A stretch of 64,000 bases of DNA, from positions 3,534,001 to 3,598,000 of the forward strand of contig NC_043015.1 in the NCBI RefSeq assembly GCF_006345805.1, read 5' to 3'. Below the pieces are notes generated by a model. It was given only the letters and a program-made list of their open reading frames with translations, was not told where the DNA came from and made no database searches. Below are positions 54,390-64,000 of the stretch, piece after piece. The stretch's first letter is position 1; every line of letters starts with the position of its first letter. The translations under genes and the position numbers were made by a program. The stretch is from Octopus sinensis. Lineage: Eukaryota.

Positions 54390-55214
54390 GTATACACCCA
54401 CACACCCAGCACTCCCACAAGTGTACATACAGACACACACACACAAACACACACAAACTCACACAACTATACAATTACACGCCATTCTTATGTATGACGG
54501 GCAAAACTATATCCTGCTATATTAGAATATATTTTGTGAGAACGCTAGAAAATGGCATTCACACATTTGACCGCATTTTGTGGAAGACAATTTCAAGAAT
54601 AGTCTGTGTGGATATGCGATTACCTTTGATTAATACATGTTACTTGTGTATTAGCTGTTTTAAATTTGATTAGGCATAATATTACATACATATTTCTTCT
54701 GAGTGATGGAGAATAGTTATAACGTATGCTAACAAGTTATGATTTTTTCATTTGGACTTACACAACGGTTAGTAAATATCAGGAAACTATTATTGAGTAA
54801 AATTTAAATAACGGAGTTTATATTCGCCTATACTCTGATCTTAGTATGTAAATCCCTATCTATGTTAATACTTTTGTTATGAATTGCAATGCCTGACCAA
54901 TGATAACTATTTTAACGATCGTCATCATTGTAAAAGATGAATTGTTTTTTATCCGAAAAAAAAAACCAAAAAGACATATCAATCCAGAGTTTACACTTTT
55001 CACTTATCCTTTGCTTAACACTTTAACAGTATAATTTTAACGCGGCTAAATGCTTCTTTACGTAAGTTGTAAATGACATGTTCATTTTCGTAGGGATGTG
55101 GTTTCTTCCAATTTTTAATGTCTGTCTTTGTATTGCTTGGGCGATTAGATTTGTCATAGGTTTCAACTGCACTTACCTCATCACATTTGCTATGATTATT
55201 ATTATTGATCATCA

Positions 55215-57440
55215 TACCAGTCCGCTTTTGGAAGGTGTGTGGCAAAGGTCTTTAGATTGTTCACCATTAAACTGCATAGTATTGTCCGCAGACCATCAGT
55301 AAATTTTGACTCCATCTTCTACTGCAGCTGTACAACATCGCTGGAATTCTGTATATTCTGCGTGACTTTCGTATCATTTGCGTAGCTAGCAGGGGTGGCT
55401 GCCCGGACAGCTGAGGGCATATCTCAGAGGGCCACAATGAAAATCAGTGGTCCCAAGACAGTGCCCTATGTAGCACCACTTACTAGTTGTATTTTCTGTG
55501 AGGTGGCTCCATGGCCCACTACCGTCAGTCGTCTATCATTCAGAAAGTCATGCAACCACCTTCTAAGTCATCTAGCTAAGCCACGATCACGCAGTTTGTG
55601 GCATATCATACCATGATCCAATTTCTCAAAAGCTTTTGCAAAGTTAAGTTATATTGCATCCACATTTGAGTGGTTCAGTAGCTACCTCAATACCCAGTCT
55701 TAGAGCTGTTAGAGCTGGGTTAGGCAGCCCCTTCCTTGTCGAAAGCCATGTGGGGCATCACTCAGCATGTAGTTTTCTTCAAGAATGCGATTAGTTTCCT
55801 TTTGTCTATGAATCCCATGACTTTGATGATCTGTGATGTCAGAAAGATACGCCTATCTCTTTTGACATATGCTGTTTCTTGCTTTATGGATTGGTCATAT
55901 CGTTCCCACCTTCAGTTTACTTGGCAGCCTGATATTTGCAAGAAACCTCTGGAAGAGAATCTGCAGATGTTTTGCCAGGGAACGCTTACCCGATTTAATG
56001 AGGATTGCTGGGAAACCAACAGGATTATGAGTTGTTTGCTTCCACATCATCTATGTATAGTAGTATATCTTCTTCGCTAATGTCGATGTAATCCATCGTA
56101 ACTCCTTGGCTGTTTGTAGGTGAGGCGGGGAAGATATCCACTGGTTCGTTCACTGGCCTGTGTTCCATTGGGATGCTAAAGACACCTGTGAATTTGTCAT
56201 TCAGTACCTCACTGATCCTGGTTGGACAATCTGTGAGGGAGCCATCCTTTCTGAAGAGGGGTCCTATTTTGCAGCTTACTGAAGCTGTTCCATTGGCATA
56301 CTAAAAGGAGGTGTAAGTCTTTGACTTAATGATTTTTCATAATCCAGTTTTCTTTGTGTCCTCTTTCCCTCACACAGAATTGTTGTAGGCTTTTTTCAAT
56401 CTCCGCCAGTGTTGTTTTTAGGTGGGGCATTTCACTACTATTGGCTTGTTGGCTGAATTCGTATGCCACCTTCGTCATTCGTCTCACGAGGATCTTCCTC
56501 CCCCTTAGAATCGTGCTCCTTTCTGTGTTTAGCTTTTGCTCTGGGACATATTTCTGGCATATGGTTTACATAACAGACATGAAATATTCAAGTCTCTTGT
56601 CAATGCATGGTGTGGTGAGACATTTCTGAGAGTCCAGTCTGAGGCTCTTTTTTGGATCTATTTCTATTCAGCTTTGTCCAGATTGGAGAGATTTCGGGTT
56701 CTTCCTTTTTGGCTTCCTTCTCTGGCTACTTTTGGTTCATAAGTAGACATCATTATTATGTTCTAATGCGAAACTAATGTCAGCGTCATTTTCACACCAT
56801 GAAAGTCCATATTGCTTGTCCATATTTCTTGTGATGAAGCGCTCCAAAATGCTATTCGCCCTAGTTGGTTTCAATAGGGCCTTGGTGATTTGGGGCAGGG
56901 ATCCCCTCCTGCGCTTCTTTGCAATGATTCATTCCTGAGAGTATGATGCCTTCTGGCCATTTGACATTCGAGAAGATGACATCACCTATAAAAATAGGCC
57001 CACATGCTGCCCCAGTTACATGAAGATCTCTTTAATTATTTTGAGACAATCTTCAAAGATGGCTTTGTTATTTGGAGCATCCGGTTGGTGACTATATTGC
57101 GCTGTCTTATATATAAAATTAGTGAATGACATGCTGAATTTAAGTATGACATTAAGGCCTGGGGTGTGAGTTCTTCAAGGATTTATATAGCAACTCCACC
57201 ACTGACACTTTCCCAGTTGTCTGTTTGCAGTATGTTATATATTGATACGTGTACTGCAATCTCTGTATCAGGGCTCAGATGAGTTTCCACGAGTGCTGTG
57301 CATAGGGCTTGACCGCATGCTGCAGCATTCCTCAGGAAATAAAAATCTGCTTTTGTTATTCTGACGCAACAGGCCACCAATATTTGGTAATGTATTGGCG
57401 TGGAAACTATGCAGGCGTTAGGAGAGGCCATCCTGTGTCT
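55215..57440 (-). mobile_element. Heavily decayed CR1-like LINE (EN + RT), related to 946-3650
   Basis: Minus strand VETHLSPDTEI..SGGVAI (APE N-terminus) and GTVLGPLIFIVAL*DMP..SYANDTKV (compare GTVLGPLLFLVALSDMP..SYADDTKV). Confidence 0.82.
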
Positions 57441-57608
57441 GTTGATTGTGGTGATCTTGCGCAGTAGCGGGCAAGGTTCATTGCTTGTGCTTCATTTCCA
57501 CACACACACATACACACACACATATATATATATACATATATATACATAAGTGTATATACTGATAGATGTACATATATATTTATTTGAATATGTATATATA
57601 TATACATA

Positions 57609-57653
<45 letters not shown>

Positions 57654-57933
57654 TGAAATAGAAAGATGAATAATCTTGTTACAGTCGGCTTTTCGATGCC
57701 CCCATTGGCGGCGTTATACTTATCTTGCTTATAAATAACGCTTATAAATAATACCTGCACCCGGTTACACTACGTATATGAAAATATCCCTTGGTAATAA
57801 ATTCTGAAAAAGCTTTTAAGAGAAATATGATTAACCATTGCAAGGGGAATTACTCCTGGGAGATGAATGGTGTTTTGTTTTTGACCACGGTGGGTTTCTT
57901 TGACAAGGCATGATTAGACGAACACACGCACAC

Positions 57934-58133
57934 AAAAAATATTTTTCTGCCGCCCGACGGATTTTACAGCAGTGACCATTGTGTAGAGCTGTTTACCAAC
58001 TGACGGCCGCGCGATCAAACGCACACACGTACACATAAAATATTTTCTACCCCCTGACGGATTTCTCAGCAGTGACCAGAGTGTAGCGCTTCTTACCAAC
58101 TTGCGGCCGCACATATATAGAACAGTACACACA
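57934..58133. repeat. Two diverged 100-bp tandem units
   Basis: GACGGATTT..CAGCAGTGACCA..GTGTAG.GC...TTACCAACT..CGGCCGC at 57956 and 58056. Confidence 0.8.
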
Positions 58134-58407
58134 CACATGTCTCTAAGTAGATTTTGTCCCGCCCCATATAATACACCTAATATTCTTTAAATAGTCAGAA
58201 CTTTAGTCTCGCTCACAAAGAACATCTACGCACCCCGTGCCCTCACCCACCGGAATGACCGCTGCCTGACCCGTTAAAATCTTCAACGCACCCACCACCC
58301 GTTTTCAACATACATTGATAAACAGTTTGGCCATGGGCTCTTAGGAGCCTCGTTCGATTTGTTTTGCTCCGCCTCTGTTCTGTTTTTGTTTTTTACAACC
58401 GATTTCC

Positions 58408-58500
58408 TATTTCTTCCTGAAGAGAAAGACACAATATGGTCTCATTATTCAATCGGAATTTGGTAAATTGTGCCTTTCGAAACACGTGTAGAATGCAATA
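58408..58500 (+). ncRNA. Type I hammerhead ribozyme
   Basis: TATT.tc.TTC-CTGAAGA-GAAAG a CACAAT..ATTGTG c CTTTC-GAAA-CACGTG-TA-GAA.tgc.AATA: canonical core, G10.1-C11.1 pair, palindromic stem III ACACGTGT, GUA triplet; AATAAA immediately after. Confidence 0.8.
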
Positions 58501-58548
58501 AAAAGATTTCTGTTCAATCTTCGTTCAACTCCATTTCTTCAATTCACT

Positions 58549-58604
<56 letters not shown>

Positions 58605-58638
58605 TATATATATACATATATACCTATATATACATACC

Positions 58639-58672
<34 letters not shown>

Positions 58673-59860
58673 GTATGTATGTATGTATGTATGTATGTAT
58701 GTATGTATGTATGTATGTATGTATAAATATGTGTGTTGGTATTTAGTGAGCAAAAAGGCTCAGCAATACGCTACTTAAATATGTATTATGATTATGTTTG
58801 CAATAAATCTTATCAAGTAATGTTCTTCTTTTTATCAATAAGATAATAACATAAGAAGATGATATATTTGAAACCTATTGATTTTAAACAACGATAAGAT
58901 TAATAATTTCAATAATATATGTACAAAGTATACCAGCTGCAACTTTATATTAATATCATCTGATGTCAATATATTTTATTATCACATTACAGGGTTTGAA
59001 AATTGCGTATTATTTCCTTTCATAATTTTCCAAAACCTTACTTGCTTCACTAAATATTTATACCAATATGCTAAATAATTTCTCCAAAGAACATGATATA
59101 TTAGGTTATTTCTCATATAATTGATTCGGCATTTATTCAAACTGGTTCAGGTTCAATTAATTGAATATTGAAATATTCATCAAACCTAAACTTTCATAAG
59201 AAACAACCAACTCATTTACATTGTGCTTTAAAAATAGCATCTTAATGTTAAGGAAATATGGCGTTTTATTACATGTGTAATACATTATTGTTTCGTGTAC
59301 TGCCATTGAAATTGAAAACGATGGAATTTTTAAGCTCGTTTATAGTTATTGTAGAAAACAATCAGTTATATATAATGAGATATTTAGATATCAGAATAAT
59401 TCTGCTTGTATATTAAAATTTTGTTATACTTTCTATCGTTTCAAAAGTCGACAATGTGAAGATATAAAGGATATTACAAACCCAATCATCATAAATGTAT
59501 TAAGAAAAGAAACGCAAATGTTTGATTATGGAATGAGGCAATGTTTGCTTACGTCAGCAGGAAATTATGCGTGTTTGTGTGTGCATGCGTGTGTGGCTGA
59601 CTGAATGTTTCTAAGACTGTTTGCGTGTGTATGTAAGTGTGTGCATGTATTTTGAAGTTTATGCGCGTGTGTGAGCGTGTGTGTATTGCTACTTACATGA
59701 TCATTGGCATTCGCCACCTTTGTCTATCAGTCATTTGTGTTTTCTTATCAATAAAATTTTCAAGCTTATATATATATATATAGAGAGAGAGAGATAAATA
59801 GATAGACAGACGTTAATAGTTATCGATACATAATCACACATATATATATATAAATATATG

Positions 59861-59955
<95 letters not shown>

Positions 59956-60621
59956 TATATATATATACTTATATATTAGGAGTATATATCAGTAGACTAT
60001 GCGTAATGCGTAGATATATGACCATTGTGCATATCCTTCAACATATTTTCCCGGTATAATAATAACGCAACTTAATACGTTGGAGATTTAAACAGAGAAA
60101 AACATTCTGTGTTTGGGAGGGAAAAAAACCCACTAATATTAAAATTTAAAAAATATGGGATATAAAGAAACAGAATGGCAACAACGTACTGAATTTCTGA
60201 TAAAAATGTGAAATATGTTCATTTGTATTATTTTTCAGCATTATTGGATTTTGCCCTGCTGAAAACAGTCTCTAATACAGAACCGTGAACATTATATACT
60301 ATCCTCATATGTTTTCAGTATAAATTTCATCAATTCATACTATGGTTTTCATGTGATATTACCGGAAACTTAAAAAAAAAAAAAAAAAAGTTTATATTTT
60401 ATTTTGAAAAGCATGTTATCAAGATAAGAATTTTTCTTTAATAATACATAAGACACTGAACACGATACGTAATGCGAACAATATAAGACTAGATGACACA
60501 AGTGTAATATACACATACACACACACACGCACACACACGCCCACTCAATATTTCTCTCTCTCTCTCTCTCTCTCAAATGCACAAACTTTTACATACATTC
60601 TCTGTCAAAGAATCACACATA

Positions 60622-60627
60622 TCTGTC

Positions 60628-60689
<62 letters not shown>

Positions 60690-60768
60690 CATCTATCTAT
60701 CTATCTTTCTATCTATCTATCTATCGATCTATCTATCTATCGATCTATCTATCTATCTATCTATCTAT
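60622..60768. repeat. (TCTA)n microsatellite
   Basis: Directly visible. Confidence 0.95.
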
Positions 60769-61329
60769 CAAGCTACGTAGACATATATATATATATATGT
60801 GTGAGAGTGTAGATGAAAAAAATTATTTAACAATATGTTTATAAAAATCACCTCGCTTAGTCCAGAATTGAAATGAACTTTATAGTTTTCCCACACATAA
60901 ATTTACTTATTTGCACTCACAGACACAATTTTATTTACGACCCACTAATGTACAGTCTTAAGAAAAATCATTAATATCTCAACGAATATTGCGTGGAAGA
61001 TTTCTTTTGTTGTTTAACCATGGTTTTATTCTAGTTCAATTTTCCTCACTTTTTTAATTAAGGTGAAATTTACCGATAGCCATACTTACATAATGAATTT
61101 GTTTGTGAACTTGCGTATTATATTAAATATAAAATATAAAATATATTTTAAAAATCACATAACAGTTGTTGCAAACTCCCTGCTAAATTATATTTAAAAG
61201 TGCACAGCACTTTGCATATTTCTTTTAATTTATTTTTGATCTGAGTAATATTCAAAAGGTATTCTTCCATAGGTCTTAAGTGGCATTTCTGATATATAAC
61301 TGTACGCTTTTATTTGATTCAGTAATTTG

Positions 61330-61638
61330 ACAGCGGCCATGCAGGAGCACAACATTTTTATCGAATAAATGGACTCCAGGTCTTATTCTTTGTAATCCTA
61401 GTAAGAATTCTATCGGGCTCTTTGCCGAACCGATGTTTATAGATCCTAGACATCGGTTGTGAAGTGACGGTGAGGGAACAAACATAGACACACAGAAATA
61501 CACACACATATATACATATATACGACGGTCTTCTTTCAGTTTCCGCCTATCAAATCCACTTTGGTGGGCAAGAGTGCGAGTGGACCGGTAGCCAAGTGAT
61601 TGGTAACCCTGCTACTTACCACACAGCCAGACCTGCAC
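61330..61638 (-). mobile_element. SINE family 1, diverged, with deletions
   Basis: GACGGTCTTCTTTCAGTTTCCG..CAAATCCAC..CTACTTACCACACAGCCA matches the reverse complement of the family 1 body. Confidence 0.75.
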
Positions 61639-61689
61639 CTGGGAGAAAGTTGTGTATAAAGAGTCAGCAGAATTGTTCCTTTATATTCC

Positions 61690-61808
61690 ACTTGATACGC
61701 GAGTTTGCTGTTTTCGCTCATAAACACACACATAACGCGGCTCGAGATTTGAACACGTGGTCTCACGATTGCAAGTCCACTGCTCTAACTACTAGGCCAT
61801 GTACCCTC
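61690..61808 (-). mobile_element. SINE family 3 head (tRNA-like)
   Basis: Minus strand TGGCCTAGTAGTTAG..GTGTTCAAATCTC..GTGTGTTTATGAGCGAAAACA continues into the family 3 body. Confidence 0.7.
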
Positions 61809-61848
61809 ATACATATATACACGCACACACACACACACACACACACAT

Positions 61849-61886
<38 letters not shown>

Positions 61887-64000
61887 ACATATGCATATAT
61901 ACATGCATATATGGGTACGGGACACCAAAAAAACGTGGAACACAATAAGAAACGAACACATAAACACAAAGCCAATGAAATGGACATTATTTTAAACAAC
62001 GAGAAAATTAAGTACAGGGCATACAAAACAAGGAAAGTTCCCCTTCTTCAGTCGCCTTAATTTCATCTACTCCATGTTTCGAAGGTCAAGGCGATACATG
62101 ACTTCGATGGAAATTTCATTCCCGCTTAAATCAAATTAAATAAAATTTGAGATCTTTTTGCGGAGGTGTAAAAATGGTAACAAAAACAGGATAGTAACGT
62201 CAGAACAAAATATAAACAGTAAAATACAGGACACGGAGAATAACAGTAACATAAACAAGAAGGGCTGTTAAGCCAAACGAGATAAACATTTTTTACGAAC
62301 GCTATTTTTTTAGAACGGCAGAGAGCAACAGATTTTGTGTGTGTGTGTGTGTATTTATACATATATCTGAATCTTCTCTGCATGCAAGTAGCCTCAGTCT
62401 CTCCGTAACCGAATATCAAACATTCAGCAAATAGTAACCATGTTATTTCATGAATTGCAGGGAACCACAAATTTAAAGTATCTATAGTGCATCGTGTCCT
62501 TGCGTGGTTATATAACATTTCTAGTAGCTTGAAATTTTGCATGATATACGATTTGTAGTGTTTTGCATGATATACGATTTGTAGTGTTTTTTTTTTTAAT
62601 ACGCCAGTGCTGCTGATGACACTGTTCCGGTTAAAGACTCCATTCACCACAATCCAGATGATTATAGTTTACACTTACCTAGCGGTTTATAAACGAGGTT
62701 CTGATGGGAAGATTGATATACCTGTACAGGGGAATTCCATTGTTTCATTCTAAATCTCTGTCTGATAAAAGACGTTGCATTTCCAAAGTTTGGAAATATA
62801 GTATCATCTAAGGAGAACTGTCTTTTCAAGGTTTCTGATCGACTTGGAGTCAGTGTACTGAAAACTAAAATAGAATTTATGCTGTGTTTTACTCCTGTAG
62901 CAGAGAGTGAGTTTATGGAAATAGTAGAATATTTAGATGCTTATAATAGAAAGGAAATCGTAATGTCGGATAATATTCTAGAGCAGGTTGGTTTCTCTGT
63001 ATGCTCTACCACAATTTCCAAATACAAATACTTACGTATCATTCTCGAGATGGACAGTAGATTTTACTCGTGATAAGATCTATACAAATGCGATAATATA
63101 AGATCTTCACAAATGTAATCATATTAGTTATATACAAATGCAATCATATGCTTGAAAATTCTAAAAAAGCTGGTGAACGTTTGAAAACCACTTTCAACAT
63201 ATCCAACCTCAGTAATTAAATAACAATATTCCGACTCTATTTTGTGTGTATTCGTTGAGTGACGGATATTATAGCTACATACAATAGTACCATAATAAAC
63301 CCTGTAATTATAATTTATCCAAAACTTAAGCATATATCCGTGCTTCATTTGGCCATTAAACCGACTAGAATCACTGAAGTGAAGATTGATTTAACTCTCT
63401 TCCTCTATGTATAGATGCAGGGATATAGTTAGGGACGAATTTGACAGAGAGTGAGAATGTGGAGATAATTAGAACCTGAACGGGGCTCATCAAGTGTTGA
63501 TGCATCACACTTCCTCATTTAAAAAAACCATGCGTAAGGGAATGAGCCTACTCCTGTCCAAAATACTTGTGTATTCGTATATATATGTAATTATGCAAAT
63601 AAGATATACAGCGTACTGCATCATTTCATTTCAGAAATTTTCATTTCAATGCGGCTGAATATTTCGTTCCAAACCAGGGTGGAAGTGTGGTGGAAATTTT
63701 GTTTCACCATAAACTGACAAAAAAAAATCGATTATAAAAATACTAGCCACACGTATTTCGGGATTGCGTCTCTGAATAAATTTGAACGTCCAGCCAGAAG
63801 GTTAGAAATTGATTCAATTGAATATTAATTGCATATTAATTATGATAGGAATGACAAGTGTATCCGAGTTTGAAAAAAATCCTTATATATTTTACTTTTG
63901 TTCATCTTGTTGTATGCGTGCCTTTGCAAAATATTAGAAACAGAGAGGGATCTCTACATTTTAAGCATAATGCAGACCACAATTTTCACTATACCAATAA

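Noticed and set aside
61735-61808. tRNA gene (also at 33191, 12246 and 10022)
   Set aside because: A/B-box-like heads run into shared SINE bodies, with no complete acceptor stem or Pol III terminator.
62035-62110. Hammerhead on the minus strand (CGAAACATG..CTGAAGAAGGG)
   Set aside because: The order and pairing of core elements do not give a valid type I, II or III fold; no U16.1 closes stem III.

Overview
AT-rich, microsatellite-laden animal genomic DNA. The SINE families look like those of octopod cephalopods (pattern recognition, not verified). No host protein-coding gene could be supported; nearly all long ORFs come from retroelements, their antisense strands, or (TA)n/(ATT)n repeats. 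Mobile elements seen: a near full-length Penelope-like element (PLE; RT + GIY-YIG, minus strand, ~850 bp direct terminal repeats, 40.2-45.4 kb) nested in a second PLE remnant; an Asn-rich PLE ORF running off the left edge; three decayed CR1-like LINEs; L1/Tx1-like and R4/Dong-like remnants; an internally deleted mariner; a decayed DDE transposase-like ORF; and three tRNA-derived SINE families. The main finding is a set of type I hammerhead ribozyme (HHR) motifs from about six sequence families. Two lie in non-coding tandem monomers of ~470 and ~540 bp with inverted arms and conserved, partly covarying hairpins. These are candidate retrozyme-like, circular-RNA-forming, non-autonomous retroelements. 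The 14.9-17.6 kb segment looks like low-quality long-read sequence and should be treated with caution.
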